Source: Callorhinchus milii (Eukaryota). Taken from it: a stretch of 64,000 nt of DNA. The DNA is taken from assembly GCF_018977255.1 (NCBI RefSeq), contig NW_024704742.1:104596001-104660000 (forward strand), in the 5' to 3' direction. The notes under the pieces were generated by a model, which saw only the letters and a list, made by a program, of their open reading frames with translations, searched no databases and was not told the DNA's origin. Positions 40,401-54,155 of the stretch are shown piece after piece; within the stretch, counting starts at the first letter, position 1, and each line of letters starts with the position of its first letter. The position numbers and the translations under genes were made by a program.

Positions 40401-42070
40401 TGGACTTGAGTTACAACAGCCATGAATTCCGGTGCCTTGGCACATCCTCCCGACGTGAAAGATGCTTTACAAATGTAATTTTGTTGTTGTTGTTGAATGG
40501 CGGAACAGGCTCAAAGGGCTGAATGGCCTCCTCCTGTTTCTATGTTTTGAGGTATTGTTGAAAGCAGGCAATGTGGCGGAGGTGGAGGAAAGAAATCCTG
40601 ATCAAGGACTTGATATGGGGTAGGAAGGACGACTAGGCATCAAACCTGATGCCTAGGTTGTCCACAGGTTCAGCGAGTCTGAGATAGACCAAGGAGGTTA
40701 AGTTGGTTGGAGCCGCAGGTGGGGAGACATTGACAGGAGCCAAGGAGGAGGCTTTGATCTTGTCAACATTCAGCTGCAGCTGCAAAAAGTTGGCTGTCAT
40801 CCAGGTTTTGATATCTGACAAGCAAGCAGGCAAAACATCAGTGGACCTGCGGTTATGGATAGAGCAGAAAAAGTAGATTTGGGTTAATGTGCATACATGT
40901 AGAAGTTGACCCCATGTTTGTGGATGTGATCACCAAGAGGGAGCATATAAATGAGAAAAAGGAGGGGATGAAGGATAGAGCCTTTGAATACACCACAGGT
41001 GACTGTGCGGGTGTACCTCCAATAATGCAGAACATCCCCAGACTTGAATTAGAGCATCAGTGTAAACTATACGGGTTCCAAGTACTAACACGCGCCTTGA
41101 ACCCACAACCTTCTGACTCAGAGGTGAGAGTGTAATCACCTGAGCTTGATGACAGCTGGGCCGACCACATGCTCAAGGACCTTGACAGAGAAAGAAAATG
41201 TAGGGATAGAAAATAGAATTTGTGGTCAGACTTCTTAAAAGAATGTAATTGAACCAGTTTGAAGGAAAGGAAAATATCAGCGATCATGGTTCTGAGAAAG
41301 ATTAGTAGGCTGGTCAGTAACTTAGTTGTTCAAGGATTGATGAAGTAGCTGGTGGGCTTTATGAAAGAGATCAATGCAATTAGAATGGAGGGAAAACAAG
41401 AGACCAGCTGTGAACTGAAGGAAGGTAGGGTACTGAAGGAGAACACTGGGATGGTGGAAGAGGTCGAAGAGATAAGGGGCAGGGCAGAGAAGTGATAAAT
41501 AAGGTGGATCTTACCTAGATCCTTACACTCATTTTCAAATCCCTTCAATCCCAGGCACCTCCCTACCTCTCTGAACTGCTTACTCCCCAATCCACCACCC
41601 ACTGCCTCTGCTCGACTGACTCCGGCCTCCTGCTTGGCCCTCGTACCCTCCGTTCCACCATCGGTGGCCGAGCTTTCAGCCCTGAAAATCTGGAACACTC
41701 TCCCCCTATTCTTCTGCCTTCCTCCCTCCTTTGCCATCTTCAGGTCGTGCCCTGAAGGCTTTCCACTTCGACCGTGCCTAGTCACCTCCGCCAGCTCGGC
41801 ATCATGCTGTGCTACTGTCAAACACTCTGGGATGCTACCCTGCATGAGGAGGCGCTATATAAATGCGAGTTGTTGTTGTTGTTGTTTGATGATGGTTTGC
41901 AACAGAAAAAAGTGCCAACCTTTTTGGCTGAGATAAAGATGTGTGGCAGATAAAAATACTGGTTATTTCATGCTACTGAGAGGTGATAGAAAGGTCGAAG
42001 TCCATTTATGCAGATTGGATCCATAACTTTATTGATCATATGCGGGGAATGTTATTAATGTTATCAAGTA

Positions 42071-42180
42071 CAGGGTGACCAAAACGTTGTGATACCATTA
42101 CAATGTCTAATAAGTCTTAAGGAAATTATGATATTTTTGTTAGATAATAGGGTAGATATCATGACTTTTTGGTCACCCTG
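42071..42180. mobile_element. 110-bp MITE, Tc1/mariner-type ends
   Basis: TA|CAGGGTGACCAAAA...TTTTGGTCACCCTG|TA: perfect 14-bp TIR with TA duplication. Confidence 0.8.
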
Positions 42181-42615
42181 TACTTCAAGGAACATTTTGG
42201 TTTTCCTTAAATGAAAATTATTGAATATACTTTCCTTAAATGAAAGTTAATGAAAATGTTTTGTGCGATTAAATCAGAGAAACTAACAAGTGGTTGGCAT
42301 CTATTTTTCTATCTTACTCGAACTATTACTGTCCTCTATATTTAAAACAAGGTCACTTTTGTCATGAATTATACTAGGAATAAGATAGATCCTAATAATA
42401 TACTCCTAAAGCACCCATACAATACGTACCTCATTTGACCTAGCTCCCTTATGTATAACCATCTACTTCTTTCTGGTTAGTTAATTACTGATACATATCC
42501 ATGCTGTAGGTTTGATACATGCTATCAATAAATTATAAAAGACTTTCTTATTTGTTATGTAATTCAAATGTCCTGAAATTATATACAATATCAATTTGGG
42601 ATGTCGCTTCAAACA

Positions 42616-42941
42616 ATAATAATAATAATAATAATCCTTGCATTTGATATAGCGCTTTTCACGTCGGGAGGACGTCCCAAAGCGCTTCACAGAACACACT
42701 GTAAAGTGAATTGACTGTATATTTGTGGGCGAACGCGGCAGCCAATTGCGCACAGCAATGTCCCACAAACAGTCGTAGATTGAAAATGACCAATTTATTA
42801 TTGTTTTGTTTTGGAGGGATTATTATTAGGCTCTGTGTGGAGTAAGGAAACTTGCCCAAGGTTTCGCCCTCTGCCTGGAATTGAACTCAGGTCTCTCGCT
42901 TGCAAAGCGAGTGCTCTAACCACTAAGCTACAGGACTCCAC
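42616..42941 (-). mobile_element. tRNA-derived SINE with L2-like tail (young family, representative copy)
   Basis: Head GTGGAGTCCTGTAGCT(C/T)AGTGGTTAGAGCACTCGCTTTGCAAGCGAGAGACCTGAGTTCAATTCC (A and B boxes); tail ...CGCTATATCAAATGCAAGG(ATT)n. Confidence 0.9.
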
Positions 42942-45900
42942 ATGTAGCACTTTAAAGCTCCAGAAATGGGAATTTTTTTAAACAAAGCCTTAATTTTGAA
43001 ACAACAACAACAAGATTCCATTTATAGAGCGCCTTTCACGTCGGGAGGACGTCCCAAGGCGCTGGACAGTTGAGTCAGGACCCGAGCAGGGGGGAAATGG
43101 TCAGGGTGAGGGGAGGGAAGGAACAAATCGATGAAGTTAGTTGATTAAAATCTATTTTCAAAGCTTTTTATCGGCTGTCATTTATTTCAATTTGTCCAGG
43201 TATTCCATTTGTTTCAGTGAGTTCCTTCCACAGTTTTACTATGAATTATACAGCACGTGGTGAACAAGGAAAATCCAACAATGAGTCAGTCCGCAAATGT
43301 TTCACCTTGGATAATGATGATTTTGCAGCACAGTATTTGTCAGACTAGAACTATCCTACCTGGCCTGTTTGAGCTTTGGCTTACAAAACAAAGGAGTTAA
43401 TAATAATAATAATAATAATCCTTGCATTTGATATAGCGCTTTTCAGGTTTTCTAGACATCTCAAAGCGCTTCACAGAATAGACTATAAAGTGAATTGGCT
43501 GTATATTTGTGGACGAAATGTGGCAGCAAATTTGGTACAGCACTGTCCAACAAACAGTCATGGATTGAGTTTATTATTTTTATATTTTTATTATTTACTA
43601 TTATTTATTATTAATACCAATTTATTTATTTTTTCTGGAGGGAATATTATCAGGAGTATGGAGTAAGGAGACTTGCCCAAGGTTTCATCCTGCCAGGAAT
43701 CAAACTCAGGTCTCTTGCTTGCGAGGCGAGTGCTCTAACAACTGATCTACAGGACTCCACGAGATATCTATACCCCCAAGATTTGATTAATGAGCAAGAC
43801 AGCTGCTTTGTCATCAATTGTGTCTTAAATTATTAACTGCCATGTCAAAGTTTGTTACTGGGAGAACTTCCATCCTGAGACACTCCCTCACTCCTACCTT
43901 TCCCTCCAATCTCCTTCTTCCCAAGAGACTTGTTTTAGCCAGTCTGTGCAAAAGAATAGATTGCAATCTGAGTGAAACTGTTATTTGGGTTAAAAGGGAA
44001 AATAGTTCAATTATACATTACCCCCAGGCCTAGAGTACTGTATTTACATATGTCAGCCAAAAATATCCCAAATGTTGACATCCTACTACATTTAAAATTA
44101 ATAGCCAAAACATGAGGAGTGCCTATGAGCAACAAAAAGGGTGTCATTAATCTTACTCAGAATATTTCAAATGAAACTTAAGTGAGTCACTTTTACTACA
44201 ACTGCAGATCATGCCAATCTTGATAACAACATTACTCTTACAAGAATCCTCAAAACAGTTCACTCCCGATCAGAAGTTTAATTTGTATAATGTCTGTTAA
44301 AAGAAGTATCTGGACTTTAACCAGAAGGAGCTGGATTAATGTATTTACAGTAACTTTAAACACCTCCATGCAACCATTGCCGGATGTTTTGCTTGAACAA
44401 CTGTTCAAATAAAGTAGATTTTGTATCAAGTTACCTCAAATATGGGTTGAGTTAATTGCATTATTCTTGCCTTGTTAGTCAACATGGAAGGTGGTATACA
44501 GCCTTTTGTTGAAGTGAGGCATTCTTCCGGAGAACAGAAAAGGAAAGGGAATAAAAAGTAAATTATCAGCCAATGTGCATATCAAGCTCTTTTTGTAAGT
44601 CGGTTGTTGCCTCTTCTAATTCCACAGCCAACTCCTTCCAAATTTGTTGTCATCTACAAATTGAAGTACCTTAAACTGGTTCTTTGAATCCAGGTCATTA
44701 ATACATATGGGGAACAGGGAAGATCCCCAAATAACCCCTGATGCACCCACTCAATAACTCATACATTTAATAAATAAGGCAAAATGTAACATTATTAACA
44801 CTTAAACTGTAACACTATTTACTTTAGATTTATGTTAAAATAGAAACATATGGTTATTTAGTCATCAAGCCTGTTCGTGCAATTCGTCCTAAAGAAATGC
44901 AATTTTATTGTTGCTGTGTCAGCCTGGCTCAGTTGGCAACACTCTGATCTCTGAGTCAGAAGATTGTGGGTTTACATCGGGACATGAACTCACCCACAAA
45001 ATGTACACTCAATTCACTTTACAGTATACTCTGTGAATCACTTTGAGACGTTTATAAATTAAATCTTGTTGTTGTCTCAAGATGTGATAAAGCGCTATAT
45101 CAAATGCAAGGATTATTATAAATTAAGCATCATTAAATATAATGCTATGTAAAATATCCTATATATCCGTTATTTATATTAAAATATCCTAGTAGATTCT
45201 GGCTCTAATAACATCTGGGGTAGTGTGAAGAAATGGTTTTGGATTATTGGAAGGAAGCATACAATAAATAATACTTACATTTGATGTAGTGCTATAATAT
45301 CAAAATATCTCCAGGTAGTTGCTGTTAAGTGCTTTTGTACACAAATAATCCCATAAATTGCCATGAGGTGAATGATCAATTTAATCTGGAGGAGAATTTA
45401 ATTTTGAGGAACAGGCAGATGGAACCTTGGTTTAACCTTTCATCCGAAGGATGTCACCTTGGACAAAGCAGCATCATGACAGTAGAGTGGCATCCTATCT
45501 ATGAGCTTACATCCTGCAAAGCTGTTTTCCTTATCTGAGTTCACCATGCACTGTGGTTCACAAACAGAAAATTGATTCACATATTACATTCCATTTTGTG
45601 ATTTTTAAAAAAATAATAAAGTGTGCAAACACAATCATTCAGAAGACTTCATTTTCCCACAGGGTATGGAATGATTTGCTGTTAGAGAAAAGTCGGGGCA
45701 TTAAAGAAATGGGCACACTTTTTCCCACACTTTTTGATATCTTACAGCTCATTCCTCTATCATAGGTCATCATCCAATAAACATTAAAGTAAAGGCCTAC
45801 AAGAAGAAGAATCCAACTTTAAAGGAACACAAAAGAACCATGATTTTGTAATCCTGATAATATTGCAATCCTAAAATATACACAATAGTTTTATCATTAA

Positions 45901-46663
45901 TTTAAAATTGTGTATTGGGTGTATTCATGAAATTATGTAAATAAATTAGTATACATAGAACCCACCCATTACAGTACTTTCAAGTTAAATGTTCAAAGAT
46001 GGTATCTTTTATATACTTTTGTTTCGGATATTATATCCCAACGATGCACATCCTGAGAGGTTCAGTTTTTTCCAAACTTGCAGTGTCACTATGTGTGCTT
46101 AGTCACAGATCACCAGTAAGGTTTGGATGAAGAAAACGCTTCTTCAACCCATTTGATCGCATCCTTTTAGAATAACCACCTTCCTTTCCTCCCATCACAG
46201 TATCAAGCTGCTTTTTAATGAGTCCAGTGTCCTGGCCTAAACCACCATGCCTGGTAATGTGTTCCTGTCATTAATTACCCTCTGGATAAAGAAACACTTC
46301 CAGGTATCTGCCCTGAAATTGACTTTTGCCACTCTAAACCCATATCCCCTTGTTCCACTGTCTCTTGCATCCAAAAATATTTTGGTGGGTTGCTTTATCA
46401 ATCCCATTTAAAATCTTACATACCTCTATATGATCCACTCTTAAATTTCTCTTTTCAAGCCTGAAGAGCCCTAACTTATCTAATTATGTCTTGTAGCTCA
46501 TTCCTTCATCATTGTGGATTATCCATCTTGCTCTCCTCTGGACTAGTTCGATGGCCTGGTTTATCCTTTATGTCATGACGAACAGAACTATACAAAGTAC
46601 TCCAGGTGCAGCCTAATTAGAGCACTGCACATCTTAAAAATGACATTTGGGGATCTGAACTCA

Positions 46664-49600
46664 ATTCATAGATTCATAGATTCATAGAATGTTACGGCAC
46701 AGAAGGAGGCCATTTGGCCCATTGAGTCTGTGCCAGCTCTTTGACAGAGCAAGTCACTTTCACTAACCCCAATCACCAGCTTTCTCCCCATAACCCTGCA
46801 AACCCGTCTTCCCCAGTTACCTTTCCAGTTCTCTCTTAAAAGCTGTTATCAAATTGCACTTCACTGCCCTTTCAGGCAGATCATTCCAAATTCAAACAAC
46901 TCGCTGAGTGAAAAAATTTCTTCTAACCTCCCCTCTGCTTCTTAGATATCTTAAGACTGTGACCACGGGTCACAGACACACCTACCAGCGGAAACAGCTT
47001 TTCCTTATCTCACCTGTCGAAACCTTTCATGATCTTAAAGACCTCTATCAGGTCCCCGCGTAACTTTCTCTGCTCTAATGGGAAATGTCCTAACTTCTCC
47101 AGCCTGTCCTCATAGCTAAGGTTCCCCATTCCTGGTATCATTCTCGTGAATCTCCTCTGCACTCTTTCCAGTGCCTTAATGTCTTTCCGGAAGTAAGGTG
47201 CCCAGAACTGGACGCAGTACTCCAGCTGAGGCCTAACCAGTGTTTTGTATAGATTAACCATAACCTCCCTACTCTTATACTCTATGCCCCTACTAATAAA
47301 GCTCAGTACACCAAATGCCTTTTTTACTGCCTTATCTACCTGCCCCGCTACCTTTAATGATTCGCTTACTTGAACACCCAGATCTCTCTGTACGTTCACC
47401 CCCTTAAGATTGAGCTACCAAGTCTATATTGCCTCCTATCATTTTTCCTACCTAAGTGTATCACCTCACACTTATCCACATTGAAATCCATCTGCCACAT
47501 GTCAGCCCATTCCACCATTCTGTGTATGTCTGCTTGCAGTTGGTTACAGTCCTCCTCACTATTTACTACCCTACCTAACTTTGTATCATCTGCAAACTTG
47601 GAAATAGTGCTCTCTATGCCCAAGTCCAGATCATTAATATATATTAGAAAGAGCAGTGGTCCCAATACCGATCCCTGGGGGACACCGCTGCACACCTCCT
47701 TTCATTTTGAGAAACACCCATTAACCACCACCCTCTGCTTTCTGTCACTCAGCCAGTTCTTAATCCAAACTGCCACTGTCCCCTCTAATTTTTGTTTAAT
47801 CTCTTATGCGGTACTGCGTCAAAAGCCTTTTTGAAATCCATGTAAATAACGTCCACCGCATTTCCCTCATCAACCCTCGCAGTCACCTCTTCAAAAAATT
47901 CTATTAGATTTGTTAGGCAAGATTTGCCTTTAACAAATCCATGTTGGCTGTCTCTAATTACCTCATGTTCCTCTAAGTAGAGATTTATTCTGTCCCGGAT
48001 TATGGTCTCCAGTAGTTTTCCTATTACCGAAGTTAGGCTGACTGGCCTGTAATTTCCGGGTTTGTCTTTCTGCCCCTTTTTGTAGAGGGGGTAACATTAG
48101 CCACTCTCCAGTCTCTTGGCACCACTCCTGTGTCCAATGAAGATTGAAATATAATGGCCAAAGCCTCCGCTATTTGAACCCGTATCTCCCACAGCAACCT
48201 TGGGTGAAACCCATCTGGTCCTGGTGACTTATCAATTTTGAGCCCAGTCAATCTTTTCAGAACTTCCTCTCTGTCTATAGTAATCTGATCTATTTCCTCT
48301 ACCCTCTCATCCAATACTGCGGCATTTGGGGCATCCATTTCCGTTGTGAAGACAGATGCAAAGTACTCGTTCAGTACATCAGCCATGCCCTCTGCCTCCA
48401 CAACAAGATTGCCGTCATTGTCTTTGATTGGCCCCACCCTACCTTTAACTAACCTTTTTTCCTTTATGTGCTTGTAAAATATTTTAGGACTCCCCTTTAT
48501 GTTACCCGCTAATCTCTTCTCATGCGATCTTTTAGCCTGTCTTATCACTCTTTTAAGATCACTCCTGCATTCTCTATAATGCGCTTTGCTATCCTCAGTA
48601 TCTTGCGTCTTCCAATTGTCGTACGCCGTCTTCTTCTTTTTCATCCTAGACAGAATATCCCTGGTCATCCAGGCTGGCTTGGTTGTCGCACATTTCCCTT
48701 TTGTGGGAATATATCTATTTAGACCTTGAGCTATTATATCTTTGAAGATCTCCCATTGCTCATGAGTCGTTTTACCTGCTAGTCTTACTTGCCAGTCCAC
48801 CAACTCTAGGTCCCTTTTTAGCCCATCAAAATTAGCCCTTTTCCAGTCAAGCATTTTCACCCTTGACTGTACTTTGTCCCTGTTCATGAGTAATCTAAAT
48901 CTAATAATATTATGGTCACTGTTACCTAGATGCTCCCCTACCGAAACCTGTTCAACCTGACCTATTTCATTCCCCAGGACTAGATCCAGCAATGCTTCCT
49001 TCCTCGTAGGACTGGAGACATACTGCTCAAGAAAATTTTCCTGTACACAGTCTATGAATCTTTCTCCTGCCTTGCCCTTAGCGCTGCTATTTTGCCAGTC
49101 TATATTGGGATAATTGAAATCCCCCATTATCACAACTCTGTTCGCCTTACATCTATCCGCGATCTGGTTGCAGATCTGCTCCTCTATCTCCTTCCCGCTG
49201 TCTGGTGGTCTATAGTAAACCCCTATCAGTGTAACCACTCCTTTCTTATTTCTTATCTCTAACCAGATGGATTCTGTTGTCGGGCCCTCCAGAGCCTCGT
49301 TCCTTTCTACAGCTATAATTGTATCCTTAACTAATATTGCCACCCCTCCTCCTTTTCTTCCTTCTCTATCCTTCCTGAACACATTATATCCTGGAATATT
49401 TAACTCCCATTCCTGTCCTGGCTTGAGCCATGTCTCGGTTACTGCCACCAGATCGTATCCCCCTACGGCCAGTTGAACCTGCAGCTCGTCAACCTTATTC
49501 CCTAAGCTACGTACATTTAGGTACATGCATTTGAGGAAATTGTCCGCTTGTACCTGCTCTACACTTCCCACTTGTCTTTTTCCTCTAATCTCTAATCCAT

Positions 49601-50311
49601 TGTTTATCCTTGGATACCCATTCCCCCTTGACACTGGTTTAAATCTGCCCCTACAGAATTTGATAATCTCTTGGCAAGAAAGCTCACCCCTGCCTTGCTT
49701 AAGTGCCGCCCATCCTCAACGTAAAGATCCCACCTCTCCCAGTAGTGGTCCCAATTGTCCAGAAAACGGAAACCTTCTTTTCTGGACCATTTCTCCAGCC
49801 AATCGTTCATGTGCCTGATCCCTTCATAATGGTGCCTTGTTGCCCGAGGTACCGGGAGTAACCCAGAGATCACCATCTTGGATGTTCTGAACTTGAGTTT
49901 GCTCCCCAGCTTTTGATACTCGCCCTCGAGCATCTCAGCCCACTTCTTACCAATATCGTGGGACCCCACATGGACCACGACTTCTGGACATTCTCCTTTC
50001 CCCCAAAGAATCTTGTCCATGCGCTCTGTGAAGTCCACTACCCTTGCACCACGAAGGCAGCAAACCATCCTAGCCTCACGATTCTGATTACAGAAGATCC
50101 TGTCAGTGCCTCTTACTGTTGAATCCCCTATCACAACTGTATTGCCCTTGTGAACCATGCCCTTGTCCTGTTGGACAGAATGTCCACCGCTGTCCTCACG
50201 AGAGGCTTCCACGCTCTCGATAGCTAATGTTGAGTACTGATTAGAGACTGGTACTGTGTTGGGGGTGCTCTGCCTTGAACAACTCCTGTTCTTGCCCCGT
50301 CGCACTCTCAC
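46664..50311 (-). mobile_element. Near full-length CR1 LINE with SGNH-esterase ORF1 and disrupted EN/RT ORF2
   Basis: ORF1 VVIGDSTVRG..VHVGSHDI..DGRHLS; ORF2 [54 protein letters not shown]; (TCTATGAA)n tail. Confidence 0.93.
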
Positions 50312-50389
50312 CTAATCACTTTTAGCATGAATGAAGGGTGGCTGTGTGGTGGGCTCCTCTGGGAGTGGTCCTTTTCTTGAACTGATTTG

Positions 50390-51400
50390 GCAATATTGCT
50401 CATAATTCTGTTGATCATGCTATTCATCTCTGCCGCCTCTCCTTTTAGCTCCACCTTCACGGTTCTGTCCCTTCCTGGTTTCATTCCAAACTATTCCAAC
50501 ATTTCCAGCTTGTCTCTTCAAACAGCTTTTCCTCCTGTGTCTGCACTGTCATGTGTGGCATTCCTCAAGGCTCTATCCTTGCTCCTCTCTTTTTTAAAAT
50601 ATTCATGCTGCCATTCGGCAATGTCATCTGCAGGCATGGGGTTAACTTCCACATGCGTAACACCCAACTCCTTCGCTCTGCCTCCACCCTCGATTCCAGG
50701 ACAACCGCTGTTCTGACCAATTGCCCGTCTGACATCAACTCCTGGCTGAGAGCTAACTTGATCCAGTTGAATGGAAACAAGACAGGGACTCCCCTACTTG
50801 GCTCCCACTAGCGCCTCCTCACCTCAGGGAGTGACAGCATCATTCTATATGGATGTACACCCCACCTTGCGGAGCCAGTGCAGAATTTAGGTGTTTTTTT
50901 CAACTCCCAACTATCCCCACATATATGCTGTGACCAACTCAGTTTTCGCCCTACCCCTGTAACGTTTCCCGCCTCCATCACTAACTCGTTCCATGAGTTG
51001 CCAAAACCCTAATCCATGCATTCATCATGTCCAGGATTGGCTACACCAACTACACTCCCAACTTCCCAACTCTTCCCTTCACAAGAACCCTGCAAATTGT
51101 GTTCTTTCCCCATGAGCCTATCATGCCCATCTTCACCCGGCTCCACTGCCTCCCCATTCCTCAGCAGATCGAGTTCAAATTTGACTTCAAGTTCGAGTTT
51201 GAGTTAATTCTCATCCTATCCTTTAAATGCCTCCATGGTCTTGCCTCACCCAACCTCTGCAACCTTCTCAAGCCTTCCAAACCCCGTCATTTTCTTTGCT
51301 CAGTGAACACCACGGTGCTTGCTTCATGTCACTCATCCTTCCTGCAGTCAGGCTTTCAGCCTATGTACCCCCACTGTCTGGAATAACATCTCGGAGTCCT
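50390..51400 (+). mobile_element. Degenerate L2 RT fragment
   Basis: CGIPQGSILAP..HGVNFHM; LHCLPIPQQIEFK. Confidence 0.8.
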
Positions 51401-51597
51401 TATGACTCACTCCTTTTCTTGCTTCCATTTTTAAATCTACCCAATATTAAATCGAAATGATGAGTTTCCATTAAAAAAAATCCATTAAAGGGAACCATTT
51501 AATAATGGCATAAAATAATTGAAGGGGAGTAAATGCAGAACAAATCTACGGGAGCTCATTCAGTGAGTGAGTAGTAAACGTATGGAACTATACGCAG

Positions 51598-52559
51598 ATG
51601 TATGTATGCGGATGACACCCAACTGTACCTCTCTGCCTCCACTCTTGACTCCAGGACCACTGTCAGACATCAAGTCCTGGATGAGAGCTAACTTTCTTCA
51701 GTTGAACGTCAACAAGACCGAGGCTTTCCTGATTTGCTCCCACCAGTGCCTCCTCACCTCAGGCACTGACAGCATCACCATCCATGGTTGCACACTTCAC
51801 CTCACTAAGCCAGTCCGGAACCTTGACATCTTGTTTGACCCTCAACTATCCTTTCTACCCCACATCTGCGCCATGACCCACTCTGCCTTCCCCCACCTCT
51901 GCAACATCGACCGGCTCCACCACTATCTCACACTGCAGGCCACTGAAACTCTCATACATGCTTTCCTTACATCGAGGCTTGACTATGCAAACTCCTTACT
52001 TGTTGGCCTCCCCAACTCCTCCCTCCATAGGCTGCAGATCATCCAGAACTCTGCAGCCTGTGTCCTCTCCCGCACTAGGCTCCATGACCCTATCACCCCC
52101 AGCCTCGCCCGACTCCACTGGCTTCCCATCACACAGAGGATACAGTTCAAGATCCTGATCCTCATCTTCAAAGCCCTCCACGGTCTTGCTCCCCCCTACC
52201 TCTGCGATATCCTAACCCCCTTCCATCCTGCTTGCTCCCTCCGCTCAGCAGACTCCAGCCTGCTTCACATCCCCCGCCTTACTCGCCCCACTACTGGCGG
52301 GCAGGCCTTCTGCCACTCTATCCCCACCATCTGGAATTCTATCCCACAGTCCCTCTGTCTCGCCCCCTCTCTTGCCACCTTCAAGACCCATCTCAAGACC
52401 CTCCTCTTCAATCATGCTTTCGATCTCCCTGCTACACCCCCTGCCCTCCATCCTCCCCGACCCCCAGCTTGGGTCCGAAACTCTGTCTGCCCAGTGCCTT
52501 GGGACATCCTCCCGACATGAAAGGTGCTATATGAATGTAATTTTGTTGTTGTTGTTGTT
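51598..52559 (+). mobile_element. L2 3' fragment
   Basis: IKSWMRANFLQLN..SRLDYAN..LHWLP..FKTHLKT; (TTG)n tail. Confidence 0.9.
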
Positions 52560-54155
52560 CATGCACCTTCATGGGACCATCCTCTCCTGATTCTATTTAA
52601 TCCACCACCAGAATTCTGTCTCCAATGGTTTCCTTGCACGGTCACCTGCTGGAGTGCCTCAAGGCTCTATCCTGGTTCCCCTACTTTTTCCCCATCTACA
52701 TGTCCCCCTTGATAATTGAAACTGCCAATTCCGGGTTAACTTCCACGATGACCTCAGATACTTCGGAAAAAATCTATCCTCTATTAAGTAGAAATGATGA
52801 CTTTCTATTAAAATATTCTTTGTAAGTCAAACTTACTCCAACACAGAGCAAGTATATGCAGTGATACAAGTCATGGTTTGTAAGTGAAAGTTGAGTAAGA
52901 AGTGAACTCCTGCCCTCGCCCACTTTATCTGACTAATGTCAGCTGGAATATTCTTTGATTTCCTTTAATAACACACCAACAGCAAAGCTGCTCTGTGGGT
53001 AGAGGGGAAGGGATTTTTGCTGATCTGATATACAGCTGTAGCTGTTCTTTGTTGTTGGTGCTGAGCGCTGACAACATCAATCAACTTAGATGACCACTTC
53101 ACCTCGGGCCAATGCTCTGCTTGTGGGCTACTAGACTTCTGACTATACAAGCTGCAGACTGTCAAGAATTCTGTAGCCTGTGTCCATTCCCACACCAGGC
53201 TCTGAGAGCCTATCACCCTCATCCTCACCATAGATTTGCCATAGACATAATTGAAGAGTTAGTTGTATTGGCAGATTTAAAGACAGAAGGGGAGAGTGTG
53301 GGAGTTTCAGAGGTTAAGAGCATAGCTGACGCCTTGGCCACTGATGGAGGGGGAATGAGGGGTTGGGAGATGCATTAGTCAGTGGAATGGAGGGTGGGTA
53401 GAAAAGGTCACAGTGATAGGAGAGGTGTTAGGGCGTGAAGGGATTTTTAGGTGAGATGGAGGAACTTGAAATCAATTTTTGGGAGCCAAGGAGATTGTGG
53501 AGGTGGTTGCATCAAGTAGGATTGGAACTAAGAAAGTCCCACAGAGGTCTTGAATGAAGAGGGGAAATTGAGGACGATGGAATGGATTTTTGAGGAGCGG
53601 GATAATGACAGTAATTTTGAAAAGGTACCAGAAGTGAGGGACAAGTTGACTATATTTGCTATCTGGGTGAAGAGGGGATCAAAGGAGGAGGTGAGATAGC
53701 GGCTAGCAGTATTCATTCAATTTGGTGATGTCAGCTTGAGAAGTTCAGAGTGGGAATTCATTTGGGAACAGAATATTCAAAATTCATATCCCAAGGCATC
53801 AAATTTAACTTGATCTTAGTTGTAGAACCATTTTCTTCTTAAATTTAAGATTATGCACTTGTGGAGAATTGTTCTATTCAGTCTTAATTTAGAAGTCAAT
53901 TCTTTTAAAGAATTGTGGAAAAAAGATTTTCAAATTAAGATGAAATTAGTCATTTTTCACAATACCACGGCATCTTAAATTGTACGTTGAATACAATGTT
54001 TTTCTGTGGTAAGACTGAGTGGAATTTTGGGTTCAGATTGGTTACTTTGCTGTAATAGTTACAGCGAAAGTATCACTCTAGGGGAGGGAAATACATTTTT
54101 GGGGGATTTTAACTCAGTTTCAGGGCATATAGCTGGGAAAACCAAGCAAATCTGA

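Noticed and set aside
42865..42941. tRNA-Ala-like genes
   Set aside because: These are SINE heads, each followed by the SINE body and L2-like tail, without a proper acceptor stem.
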